Part shown: in pieces, positions 19,547-28,480 of the stretch | Position numbering within the stretch: position 1 is the first letter of the stretch | Layout of the letters: each line of letters starts with the position of its first letter | Source: a virus | Virus record (IMG/VR): IMGVR_UViG_3300005613_000028 | Location: 1-64,000 of that record | Direction: 5' to 3' (one strand) | DNA length: 64,000 bases | Made by a program: the position numbers and the translations under genes | Notes under the pieces: generated by a model | What the model was told of the DNA's origin: nothing | What the model saw: the letters and a program-made list of their open reading frames with translations, nothing else | Databases searched by the model: none

Positions 19547-20017
19547 ATGAGAAAGGTAAAAGCAGGGACATTAAAATTTGTTGAAAATTGGGTTTTAACT
19601 ACAGTAGACAAATATACTGGAGAAAAACTTGATGAACGTCAAATCTGTAATACTATAGTTAATGATGGGCTTGAAAGAATGGCAGATTTGCTTATTAATA
19701 ATGGTAGTCCAGATTATTTTAGAGCTTTAGCTATAGGTACAGGTACAACTGCAGTAACTAATTCAGATACTGCTTTGGAAACAGAATATACTAGAGAAAC
19801 AGCTACACTTTCGAAAGATTCTGTTTATGTTGCAAAATTTTATAAAAGATTTGAATTTGGGACAGGTGTATCAGAAAATATAACAGAAGCTGGTATTTTT
19901 GATAGTATTACAGCTACAGGTTCTACTATGTTAGCTCGTAATGTTTTTTCAGCTTTAGCAGTAGATGCAGATACCGATTTAAAAGTCACAGCAACAATTA
20001 CGGTTTCTAGGGCATAA
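19547..20017 (+). CDS. tail-tip/baseplate region protein (hypothetical)
   Basis: Position only. Contains the 'ALAIGTGTTAVTNSDTALETEYTRE' motif. Confidence 0.45.
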   Translation: MRKVKAGTLKFVENWVLTTVDKYTGEKLDERQICNTIVNDGLERMADLLINNGSPDYFRALAIGTGTTAVTNSDTALETEYTRETATLSKDSVYVAKFYKRFEFGTGVSENITEAGIFDSITATGSTMLARNVFSALAVDADTDLKVTATITVSRA

Positions 20018-20062
20018 ATTATTTAAGGAATTTTGTTATATATTTTTGGAAGGAGATAAATT

Positions 20063-22729
20063 TTGAGCGGAATTGATGGTTATACAAAATTAATGTTACA
20101 TTGTGATGGAACCGATGGGTCTACGACTTTTACGGACTCTTCTGATTCAATACATACGATGGTAGCTGTTGGAGATGCTCAAATAGATACTGCTCAAAGT
20201 GTTTTTGGTGGTGCTTCAGGATTATTTGATGGAAATGATTATATTTATACTGCTGATTCTGATGAATTTTATTTTGATGCTGATTTCACAATTGATTTTA
20301 GAGTTAGATGGAATGGTACTCCAGGGTCAACTGGAATTATAGGACAATCAGAAGGTGGAGGTTCTAAGCCAAAATGGGCGATTTATGCTTTTGAGGCAAC
20401 TCTAGGTATGGGTAGTACATTAGGTATTCATTTATCTACAGGATCGGATATTGTATTTGATACTTGGAGTCCATCAGCCGATACCTGGTATCATGTTGCA
20501 GTTGTTAGAGATGGAAATAATTTTTATTTATTTGTTGATGGAACTAAAGTAGGTTCTACAAAAACAAGTTCTGTTTCATTTCCAAATGTAGCTTCTCAAT
20601 TAAGAGTAGGTAGTGATGGTGAAGGTTGGAAATATTTTAATGGTTGGTTAGATGAATTTCGAATTTCGAAGGGTACAGCTCGTTGGACTTCTAATTTTAC
20701 CCCACCTACAGAAGCTTATAGTGTAACTTTGACTCATGATTGGAATGATACAGCTAATTTAGATGATGATTGGACAATTCAAACAGACCCAATATCTATT
20801 GCATGGAATGATACAGCTAATTTAGATGATGATTGGCTTTTGCAAGCCTCTCCACAACAAATTTCTTTTGGAGAAAATGTTAATTTAAATGATGATTGGG
20901 TAGTTTCGACGATAGATATTATTAATAGTGCTAGTAAAATTTTATATCATAATCCTCTTATAACTGTAACCAATGAATCTCCTGCAAAATTTTTTACTAT
21001 AGATATTTCTAATCCTTCTTCTCCCACTTGGACTGGTTATACTTTAATTGGGGCGAGTTATGCTAAAGATGTTGTTTATAATTCAATTACAGAATATTAT
21101 TATGTAGCTTGCGCTGATGGAATTGTGGTAAAAGTTGAAGAAGCCAATCCTAATAATCAAACAATAATTAATTTATCAGATACTGATGATTTAGAAACAA
21201 TTGATGTTTTAAATACTTTTGCCTTAACTTTTACGGGTACAGATAATATTGTTGGAGAGTTATATCAAATAGATGAACGAGAATCTAAAATTATTAATAA
21301 TAGATTTGATTATTTACAAGAAATTCAAACTATTATGAATAATGAATTTAATTATTTAGATTCAGGAAGTCCAATTATTAATAATAATTTTCAATATCTT
21401 CAAACTAATGCAACAATTATAAATAATGATTTTAAATATTTAACGTCTGAATTTTCTCAATTAACCCCACTTGCCCAAGAAGATTTTCATATTTATATTG
21501 ATAGTATAGAACTTGGAAATACAGATTTAGATTTAACTTCTATTAGTATTAGACATATTGTAGATGCTCAAAGTGAAGCCAAATTTAAGTTAAATAGAAG
21601 ACATGATGATATTAATAAAACTCTTTCTGGTTCAACTGTAACTATTAACAATCAAAATGCAGTTAAAATTATTATTAATGGTGTTACAGAATTTGAAGGA
21701 ACAGTTTCAAATTTAAATTGTATAGGAGATAAAGATAAAGAGTCTATTATAGTAACAGCTTTAATGAATCAACCTCAAGAACAATATAATACGGTGAACC
21801 TTCCTTTAGCTTCGTTAGATGAAGCTTTTAATTTATATCAAATTAAAATTGATAAATTAAATATATATAACCCTTATATTGATCCAACTAATGAAATTGA
21901 CCCTCCTTTATATAAAGGTGTGCGTGTTGATTTAGGAACAAAAATTATTCAGACTATTAGTAGATGGAAAACTTTTGGAGATGTCTCGGCTCTTGCAGAG
22001 GCTGTAAAAGATGGTACATTTAAACCTAGACAAAATTGGACTTATTTTTGGTTAACATCCGCTAAAAATTTTATTACTGGAGTATATTGGGGGAATATGC
22101 GCTATTTAGGAACTAGTCCTTCAAGTTTAACTACGGATACATGGAATATTACTGGTTTAAGTTATAAATATCAAAGACAATTTGAGGATAAAGAAACCGA
22201 ATTAGGGTCTTATACGGTGGGTAGTGCTCCGTTTATAGATGTTAGTGTTAGAAATGGAAAACAGATTTCTAAAAGTAAATGGGTAGATGATGATGATGGA
22301 TTATATCGTAAAAAAGATGTAGGGTATGATTTTGAGGAATATGCTAAAGAGGTAGCTCAATTAGAATATGATAAAATGACAAATATTAATGGGCAAATTT
22401 TACCTCTTACAAGAGCGGATATAGATTTAACTATAGACGCTTATATTTATTATAATATTAATTTACTTACTCGGATTAATATTGATAACACTATCCAATC
22501 TGGAATTTATCAAAATAATAATGGATTTCCTGTTAGTGTTAAATCTATTTTCATACGTTCTTCAGATTTATCAATAACTCTATCTACAGACAATATAAAA
22601 TCAACTATTGAATTGGCAGATATTGATGGACAATATCCAGATGAAGAATCTAATGAATATAATTTCCCTGAAGAATCAGTTAAAATTCATAACAAATTTG
22701 ATATTAGTACACTTTCAAATGTGGAGTAA
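20063..22729 (+). CDS. LamG-domain tail fibre / receptor-binding protein (888 aa)
   Basis: TTG start after AAGGAG. 'TWYHVAVVRDGNNFYLFVDGTKVGS..LRVGSDGEG..FNGWLDEFRISKGTARW' is a clear LamG pattern, followed by internal tandem repeats and a long C-terminal region. Confidence 0.7.
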   Translation: MSGIDGYTKLMLHCDGTDGSTTFTDSSDSIHTMVAVGDAQIDTAQSVFGGASGLFDGNDYIYTADSDEFYFDADFTIDFRVRWNGTPGSTGIIGQSEGGGSKPKWAIYAFEATLGMGSTLGIHLSTGSDIVFDTWSPSADTWYHVAVVRDGNNFYLFVDGTKVGSTKTSSVSFPNVASQLRVGSDGEGWKYFNGWLDEFRISKGTARWTSNFTPPTEAYSVTLTHDWNDTANLDDDWTIQTDPISIAWNDTANLDDDWLLQASPQQISFGENVNLNDDWVVSTIDIINSASKILYHNPLITVTNESPAKFFTIDISNPSSPTWTGYTLIGASYAKDVVYNSITEYYYVACADGIVVKVEEANPNNQTIINLSDTDDLETIDVLNTFALTFTGTDNIVGELYQIDERESKIINNRFDYLQEIQTIMNNEFNYLDSGSPIINNNFQYLQTNATIINNDFKYLTSEFSQLTPLAQEDFHIYIDSIELGNTDLDLTSISIRHIVDAQSEAKFKLNRRHDDINKTLSGSTVTINNQNAVKIIINGVTEFEGTVSNLNCIGDKDKESIIVTALMNQPQEQYNTVNLPLASLDEAFNLYQIKIDKLNIYNPYIDPTNEIDPPLYKGVRVDLGTKIIQTISRWKTFGDVSALAEAVKDGTFKPRQNWTYFWLTSAKNFITGVYWGNMRYLGTSPSSLTTDTWNITGLSYKYQRQFEDKETELGSYTVGSAPFIDVSVRNGKQISKSKWVDDDDGLYRKKDVGYDFEEYAKEVAQLEYDKMTNINGQILPLTRADIDLTIDAYIYYNINLLTRINIDNTIQSGIYQNNNGFPVSVKSIFIRSSDLSITLSTDNIKSTIELADIDGQYPDEESNEYNFPEESVKIHNKFDISTLSNVE
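20741..20836 (+). repeat. in-frame tandem repeat inside the fibre gene
   Basis: Exact 33-nt copies TGGAATGATACAGCTAATTTAGATGATGATTGG at 20741-20773 and 20804-20836 (WNDTANLDDDW). A degenerate third unit (NVNLNDDW) lies near 20871-20898. Confidence 0.85.
21290..21442 (+). repeat. four degenerate peptide repeats IINNxFxYL in the fibre gene
   Basis: IINNRFDYLQ / IMNNEFNYLD / IINNNFQYLQ / IINNDFKYLT. Confidence 0.7.
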
Positions 22730-22774
22730 ATCATGAAATTTGATACAACTAAAAATAAAATAAGAAAATTATGG
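22727..22774 (+). repeat. 48-bp exact direct repeat, copy 1
   Basis: TAAATCATGAAATTTGATACAACTAAAAATAAAATAAGAAAATTATGG is identical to 24731-24778. It spans a stop codon, the spacer and the first 14 codons (MKFDTTKNKIRKLW). Confidence 0.9.
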
Positions 22775-22909
22775 GAACGAGTTGATGATGCTCAAAATGA
22801 AACTAATAATTTAAAAAAAATTAATATTCGTCTTAACCCTGTAGCATTATCAAAAAAAATAGTTAAAATAGAATTATTAAATCAATATACAGTGGGTCAA
22901 GCTATATAA
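22733..22909 (+). CDS. 58-aa protein carrying only the shared MKFDTTKNKIRKLW N-module (below ORF-track cutoff)
   Basis: ATG 22733, stop 22907-22909. Its first 14 aa are identical to those of ORF 24737..25270. Confidence 0.5.
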   Translation: MKFDTTKNKIRKLWERVDDAQNETNNLKKINIRLNPVALSKKIVKIELLNQYTVGQAI

Positions 22910-22917
22910 GGAATAAA

Positions 22918-23247
22918 ATGGTAGATATTAAATATATATCTGATGTAAATTTTGAAATTTTATTTGAAGATTTGCCAGATTGGGCTGTGCCTATGATGCA
23001 CATTATTCCTATTTTTTATACAGAAGATGCTTATGATTTGGATTCAGAAGATATTACTTTTTCTCATGATTTTAGTTATATGTGGATTAAAGTTGATGAT
23101 ACTAATTACAAATTGCTTATAAGATTATCAGGTCAATTACTACAGTTAGTAGACAGTTCTTATGTTACCCTACCTTTATTTGTTAATTTAGATTGTTATT
23201 TTCTGAATGAAAATATTTATCAAGAAATTCAACATGAAAGAGGATAA
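22918..23247 (+). CDS. hypothetical protein (109 aa), fibre cassette
   Basis: ORF inside the repeat-flanked cassette. Confidence 0.5.
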   Translation: MVDIKYISDVNFEILFEDLPDWAVPMMHIIPIFYTEDAYDLDSEDITFSHDFSYMWIKVDDTNYKLLIRLSGQLLQLVDSSYVTLPLFVNLDCYFLNENIYQEIQHERG

Positions 23248-23249
23248 AT

Positions 23250-24740
23250 ATGTCTAAATTCTCAACCAGTAAGAAAAAAATCGAAACAATTTGGAATACA
23301 TATACTAGTATTGAGAACGAACTCAATTTAAAAGAAAATGAAATTCGCAAATTTTTTACTGAAAGATATAAATTTAAACAACAGAAAAATCTTTATGATA
23401 GTGATTGGATTGCAAAAACTCCTACAGCTTCTGCATCTGTCAGAAATGTTACTCCAGCTAAAGCTTTATCAGAAACTGTAGCATTAGACGAGGAGATTGA
23501 TATAACAATTCCTGATTATATGCTTCCTTTTGTTAATATTAGTTTAATGACTAAAACTATACCAGAAGTTCAAGCTATGGGTCTTTTTGAATATGTTCAA
23601 GAAGGTTGGGAAACTGATTATATAGAAGCTTATGGTAATGGGACTAATTTGATTTATAAAGGATTTCCAAGAAGTACATATTATGAATATGACCAGGACG
23701 ATTTAGATGATGGCAGATTTCAAGAGAATTATACAAAAAAAGTATATAGAGGTACTATAGAATATACTAGCGGTGGAGATGAGTATAAGATTCATGGTAC
23801 AGTTATTCGTATTGAAATGTATGATAATTTGAATACTGGTTGTGGTAGCCAGAATTATGATTATTTTGATGTATATATTGACCCAGGATATACTGGGTCG
23901 AAGAATTATGCTAAGTTTCATGATTTAACGAGTGATTATGCAGATATGACAGGTATTTTATATCATTTTACTTTTAGTACAAATCCCTCACCGCCTCCCT
24001 CATGTGAACAGAATTATCCTGTTGTTCAAGAAACTGATAAAAGGTTGAAATGGTACTTTACTGGTTCTAATGTAGATCATTATCGTATAAAATTAATTGA
24101 TGGAATTAAATATAAAAAGATTGGAGGTTCTTGGGTTTATCAATCTAGCGGAACTTTTAGTATTGATAGTGATACTGTAACTATTACATCTCGAACTTTT
24201 ACTTTTGTTGGTTATTGGATTTTTTATAGTCCAGACACTTATTATCTTTTTGGAACAGAAGATTCTTCTCCGCCAACATATGAGGGGGTTGATAAAAAGA
24301 TTGAGTTGGCTAATTTACCTGAAGATCCTAATAGATATTGGAATACTATTACATTTAAAAGAAATCCTGAACCAAGACCAGAAAAAACGGAAGCTACAGT
24401 AAGTGCTATTGGTAAAAAGCAAATTTTATTTTTTAAAATATCTAAAAGTACAGAAACTGAAACAAAATATAGATTATTTATTAATGGAACGATTGTTTTA
24501 TCAGCTTTATCAAGTATTAAAAATCCTCCTCCAGCGCAAAAAACCAGTGGAGATGATAGACAGGTAGTCGAATATTCTGATACTTATTCTAAATCTGGTT
24601 CCAGTTATACACCTTCAGAAAGCCATACATTAAAAATTAGAAACTATTGGGGCACAGCTAAAGAAGATATGGAATATCGTATTAAAGTTGATTTAATAAA
24701 TCCCCTCTATTGGAAAGAGATTCGTAAATATAAATCATGA
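23250..24740 (+). CDS. putative receptor-binding/tail-spike-like protein (496 aa)
   Basis: N-terminus MSKFSTSKKKIETIW is a diverged copy of the MKFDTTKNKIRKLW module. The rest is beta-rich. Confidence 0.5.
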   Translation: MSKFSTSKKKIETIWNTYTSIENELNLKENEIRKFFTERYKFKQQKNLYDSDWIAKTPTASASVRNVTPAKALSETVALDEEIDITIPDYMLPFVNISLMTKTIPEVQAMGLFEYVQEGWETDYIEAYGNGTNLIYKGFPRSTYYEYDQDDLDDGRFQENYTKKVYRGTIEYTSGGDEYKIHGTVIRIEMYDNLNTGCGSQNYDYFDVYIDPGYTGSKNYAKFHDLTSDYADMTGILYHFTFSTNPSPPPSCEQNYPVVQETDKRLKWYFTGSNVDHYRIKLIDGIKYKKIGGSWVYQSSGTFSIDSDTVTITSRTFTFVGYWIFYSPDTYYLFGTEDSSPPTYEGVDKKIELANLPEDPNRYWNTITFKRNPEPRPEKTEATVSAIGKKQILFFKISKSTETETKYRLFINGTIVLSALSSIKNPPPAQKTSGDDRQVVEYSDTYSKSGSSYTPSESHTLKIRNYWGTAKEDMEYRIKVDLINPLYWKEIRKYKS

Positions 24741-24778
24741 AATTTGATACAACTAAAAATAAAATAAGAAAATTATGG
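24731..24778 (+). repeat. 48-bp exact direct repeat, copy 2
   Basis: Identical to 22727-22774. Confidence 0.9.
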
Positions 24779-25270
24779 CGTGATTCAGGAAATGTAGAAG
24801 ATGCTATTGATTTACAAACTAATACAGATAACCAAATAATTAAAAAATTGGATTATGTAGTTCCTAATCCTCAAATTTTTAATTCTATAAGAAATTTAGA
24901 TATAGATTGGGATTACATGACTGCCACAGAAAGTAGTGGAATTATCCATATCTTACGCCAATCATGGGAATTAGAATTTAGCCAAATTGATATTCGATTT
25001 TTACCTTTTTTTAAAACTAATATTTTATATAGGTTAGGTGATGCAGGAATTAGTGGAGATTTGGATGATTTTTATATTCCTTGGAATGTTTATTATCAAA
25101 GTCAAAAATTATGGGATATAAAAGATTTGGAAAATGATCCAAGTTCTGATATAAAAAATGCAAAATTACATGTATCTGTTTTTATTGCAAAACCCTCTGA
25201 TATTACGTCTTTACCTTTACTACAAGCTAAATTACAAATTCGATTTATTAATAGCGAAGAAATGGATTAA
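24737..25270 (+). CDS. putative fibre-associated protein with the shared N-module (177 aa)
   Basis: MKFDTTKNKIRKLW N-terminus. Last + strand gene, and its 3' end overlaps the convergent - strand gene by 23 nt. Confidence 0.5.
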   Translation: MKFDTTKNKIRKLWRDSGNVEDAIDLQTNTDNQIIKKLDYVVPNPQIFNSIRNLDIDWDYMTATESSGIIHILRQSWELEFSQIDIRFLPFFKTNILYRLGDAGISGDLDDFYIPWNVYYQSQKLWDIKDLENDPSSDIKNAKLHVSVFIAKPSDITSLPLLQAKLQIRFINSEEMD

Positions 25271-25685
25271 TTTTTTCTTTTAACATTTCTGGTATATTTA
25301 ATTCCCCTCTATGCCATCCTTGAATTGGTTGTTCTTGCCCCCATCCAATAATACTATCATTCTGATATATTGGACTTTTTAACTCTTTGCCATATAAAGC
25401 TAAATATTTAAAAGCTTTATTAAGTTTAAAATCATAATAAAAAACCTCTATTTTATTTTTAACTTTTCCCATTAAATATAAGCCAGTTATTTTTTTCAAA
25501 CCATTTTGAAAGACATATTGTGTATAAGAATGGTTATAAGCTTCATAACCTTTCATTATTAATTTATTTGAGCGAAAAATATATTCTAACCTTTTAATAA
25601 CTTTATTAGGCATCTTATTCCAAGACCCATCAAAAGAATTTCCTAGAAAAGTCTTACCATCTTGAAAAGTAATTTTATATTTCAT
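25248..25685 (-). CDS. hypothetical protein (145 aa)
   Basis: Last gene of the - strand block. Confidence 0.5.
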   Translation of the reverse strand: MKYKITFQDGKTFLGNSFDGSWNKMPNKVIKRLEYIFRSNKLIMKGYEAYNHSYTQYVFQNGLKKITGLYLMGKVKNKIEVFYYDFKLNKAFKYLALYGKELKSPIYQNDSIIGWGQEQPIQGWHRGELNIPEMLKEKINPFLRY

Positions 25686-26331
25686 AATTAACCTTTTTTG
25701 TATGTTTATTATAAATCTTTTTTATTTTATCAACAATTTTTTGATTCTTTTTATTATCTTCAATATTTTTAGAATCTACTAAATCTTTAAAATTTTCATC
25801 AACGCAATATGCTTGAATTTCATCTTTAATAACATTTTTACAATATCCCATACTTAATAATTTTTTTTTAAAATCTCTATAAAATTTAGTTCTTGGATTA
25901 AGTAATTTATTTATAGCTCTTTTGTATTTAGAGTTTAGATAATAAAAACCATGTGCAATTTCATGTTTTAAACATTTTTTATCTCTACTAGAAATTAAAT
26001 AAAATTTAGATTTTTTATTTATAATCGGGAGAAGTTTGTTATATAAATCTATTTCTTTAGCCATCATATTTGGATATTGCCAAAACAATTTAGCCCATTT
26101 ATTATAAACTTCTCCTGGAATATTAAAACCATCCCAATCTAAAGGGTATGTAAAATTTCCATTTTGTTTAGCATACAAATCCATATAATCTTCTAAAGGA
26201 AAATAAGTACCTCTAATTTCTGCCCATTCGCTTTCATAATATTCTTGAACTCTTAAAAAAGTCATAGCCATTAAATATTGAGATTTGAATTTAATATGAT
26301 ATAACCCAGGATATATTTCTTTAATTTTCAT
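25675..26331 (-). CDS. HExxH-motif protein, putative Zn metallopeptidase
   Basis: Single 'LKHEIAHGFYY' motif. Family not recognised. Confidence 0.4.
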   Translation of the reverse strand: MKIKEIYPGLYHIKFKSQYLMAMTFLRVQEYYESEWAEIRGTYFPLEDYMDLYAKQNGNFTYPLDWDGFNIPGEVYNKWAKLFWQYPNMMAKEIDLYNKLLPIINKKSKFYLISSRDKKCLKHEIAHGFYYLNSKYKRAINKLLNPRTKFYRDFKKKLLSMGYCKNVIKDEIQAYCVDENFKDLVDSKNIEDNKKNQKIVDKIKKIYNKHTKKVNYEI

Positions 26332-26402
26332 TTTTAATTTTGGTTATAGATTCATTAAACCATCTTTCAAGATGTATCTTAATTTCTACTACTCTGACAT
26401 CT

Positions 26403-26594
26403 TTATTCATAATTCGCCTGCTTTTTTAAATATCTAAATTTATAACTACCACAAATATTGCAATAAATATAAATTAAAAAATATTGAGAACTAAAATCTT
26501 CTGTAAATTCTTTTTGTTCAATATCATTAGTAAGTTTTCTACACATTGGACAATAATGCATGACTATCTCCAGAAAATAATAATATAATAACAT
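26403..26594 (-). CDS. small Zn-ribbon protein
   Basis: 'CPMC..(29 aa)..CNIC'. Confidence 0.45.
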   Translation of the reverse strand: MLLYYYFLEIVMHYCPMCRKLTNDIEQKEFTEDFSSQYFLIYIYCNICGSYKFRYLKKQANYE

Positions 26595-27205
26595 AAACCT
26601 TCAATTGTAAAAGTAATTATATCACTCCAAAGAAAATTAACTTCTTTATTAAAAATTTTTTGTTTAAAACTACCTAACCCTCTCCAACTAATTATGGCAT
26701 TAACTAAAATTATAACAATACTTCCAATTATATACCAAATCCAATTTCTTTTAAGAATAGGAATTGATAATAAAGCTATACATTTTAAAATAGAAATAGT
26801 AGAACGAGTAAAATAATTTGCAATTCTATGAGCTTTTGGAATAGATACAAATTTACGAAATAACAATGTAAAAAATCTTCCTATATCAGACCCAGAATCT
26901 CCTTTTGGTGGCCAAGAAGCATCTGGAATCCCATAGCCACAGCTATAAGCTCCCCATAAACTCATAATCGTAATATGCCATAAAGCTATAATCCAACCTA
27001 TATCTGAATTTAATCCACTTGTAATATACGCACAAACTGTTATAATGGAAGTTATACCAACTCTTCTCCATAATAAAGAAGTTCCCTGACTTCCTGCATA
27101 ACTCCCCAAAAATCCTATAATAACAGCGAAGCTAGGAATTTTTAAGATACTAAATAAAATTGATAATTTTTTCTTATACTTCTGCCAAGTTTCTTTAATT
27201 TTCAT
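26564..27205 (-). CDS. polytopic membrane protein (213 aa)
   Basis: Five to six hydrophobic helices. Family not recognised. Confidence 0.55.
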   Translation of the reverse strand: MKIKETWQKYKKKLSILFSILKIPSFAVIIGFLGSYAGSQGTSLLWRRVGITSIITVCAYITSGLNSDIGWIIALWHITIMSLWGAYSCGYGIPDASWPPKGDSGSDIGRFFTLLFRKFVSIPKAHRIANYFTRSTISILKCIALLSIPILKRNWIWYIIGSIVIILVNAIISWRGLGSFKQKIFNKEVNFLWSDIITFTIEGLCYYIIIFWR

Positions 27206-27310
27206 TTTTTAATCCTAGTTTAAGTTTTGGAATAAAAAAGAGACAACATAGAGTAAATATAGCGGAAATAATTACTAGCCAATTAAATCAAAATTTATCT
27301 CTGATAACAT

Positions 27311-27496
27311 TTAAACCCTTGTTTTATATTTATTAGGATTTTTCTTAACTTTCTTATAAACTGATTTTAACCACTCTTGCCAATCTTTAGCTTCTTCAAA
27401 AGAATCAAAACCTTCTAATATTATTTCTTTAGTAACATTCTTCCCACAGTTTTCAATTTTTAATGTTAATATACTATTATATTTAGGCATTACCAC
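27311..27496 (-). CDS. hypothetical protein (61 aa)
   Basis: ORF in the operon. Confidence 0.4.
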   Translation of the reverse strand: MVMPKYNSILTLKIENCGKNVTKEIILEGFDSFEEAKDWQEWLKSVYKKVKKNPNKYKTRV

Positions 27497-27741
27497 CAGC
27501 CACCTTTAGGTTTTACAGGTTTTGCTACTGTTGTTTTTCTTTTTTCATTGGCATTTGGTTTCTTTAACTTTTCTACATAAAATTCTAAAGGTTTAATTTC
27601 TTCCATTTTCTTACCTTCTTTAATAGCCAAAGCATAATCCTTTTCTCTTTTAGCGTGCCATTTTTTCAATCGAGTTAACTTATTCTGATAAGTAATATTG
27701 CTACGCCCTTTTGTTAATCCATGTTTCATGATCTGCTCCAT
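27490..27741 (-). CDS. basic hypothetical protein (83 aa)
   Basis: K/R-rich ORF that overlaps both neighbours. Confidence 0.45.
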   Translation of the reverse strand: MEQIMKHGLTKGRSNITYQNKLTRLKKWHAKREKDYALAIKEGKKMEEIKPLEFYVEKLKKPNANEKRKTTVAKPVKPKGGWW

Positions 27742-27941
27742 TCATATATTCCCTTAATATTTAAAATTAATAAACCTATAGATAACCACAATAAAGGCGA
27801 ATTACTCATTATTATGGATTGTCCTGCATATAATAAATTAGCCAAACTATTAGCATAAAAACCAATCACTGCTTTTTTGCCTAATTTATATACACCATAA
27901 ATAAAAAACAAATTTCCTAACCAACCCAATAATTCTATCAT
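27726..27941 (-). CDS. 3-TM mini membrane protein, PnuC-repeat/SemiSWEET-like or holin candidate
   Basis: 71 aa with three helices. 'FYANSLANLLYAGQ..LLILNIKGIYEW' resembles the C-terminal 3-TM repeat of PnuC transporters. Confidence 0.4.
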   Translation of the reverse strand: MIELLGWLGNLFFIYGVYKLGKKAVIGFYANSLANLLYAGQSIIMSNSPLLWLSIGLLILNIKGIYEWSRS

Positions 27942-28288
27942 TTTTTATCCTTAATAATTTTGTAAGCTATTCTTCGAATTTGATATAATTTTTTTATCAT
28001 CTTATTTTCTTCTTGAGTAATTTCTAATTTCGAAATACTTTTTAAAACTTTTTGATATTTATAAAATTTTTTGTTTAAAACTTCTAAAATTTTAATAGTT
28101 ATTTCTCTTTCTGAATTAAAAATGGAACTTAAATATTCTATTATAATTTTTTCTTTAAAATATATACCTATAAAAAAGAGAATCCACCCAACTAAGGTTC
28201 CTAAAGAAAAAAATGGAAACTTATTTACTAAAGAAAAAGTTGCACACATAATAATCAAACCTTTATTGGTATGGATAAATTTTAACAT
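27938..28288 (-). CDS. membrane protein (116 aa, 2 TM plus a basic tail)
   Basis: Hydrophobic N-terminal half. ATGA overlap with the downstream gene. Confidence 0.5.
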   Translation of the reverse strand: MLKFIHTNKGLIIMCATFSLVNKFPFFSLGTLVGWILFFIGIYFKEKIIIEYLSSIFNSEREITIKILEVLNKKFYKYQKVLKSISKLEITQEENKMIKKLYQIRRIAYKIIKDKK

Positions 28289-28297
28289 TTGTATTCC

Positions 28298-28480
28298 TTA
28301 TTCTGAGAGCTTTTTTAAAACTTTATCAATTGATCCTAAAGTTAAATAAAGAGCCCAAACCTCTTCTTCTGATATAGCTTTAGTCATTGATATAAGTTTA
28401 CAGATACGTTTCATTAAGATTTCATTTATCAAGTTATTCTCCTTTATAACAAGTATAACATATAAATTAAGAGGTGTCAA
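28298..28480 (-). CDS. small hypothetical protein, with the track start probably too far upstream
   Basis: The track start at 28480 lies inside the promoter -35 box. A likelier start is TTG 28432, 6 nt after AAGGAG (28444-28439), giving about 44 aa. Confidence 0.4.
   Translation of the reverse strand: MTPLNLYVILVIKENNLINEILMKRICKLISMTKAISEEEVWALYLTLGSIDKVLKKLSE
28452..28480 (-). promoter_or_regulatory. sigma70-type promoter P1 (TTGACA-N17-TATACT, TGT extended -10)
   Basis: - strand reads TTGACACCTCTTAATTTATATGTTATACT. -35 at 28480-28475, -10 at 28457-28452. One of four near-identical copies. Confidence 0.75.

Noticed and set aside
25248-28480. Calling a lysis cassette (holin/endolysin) among the small membrane proteins and the HExxH protein
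   Set aside because: I could not recognise any muramidase, amidase or peptidase catalytic motif from a known endolysin family. The HExxH motif alone is not enough. The endolysin may lie outside the window.
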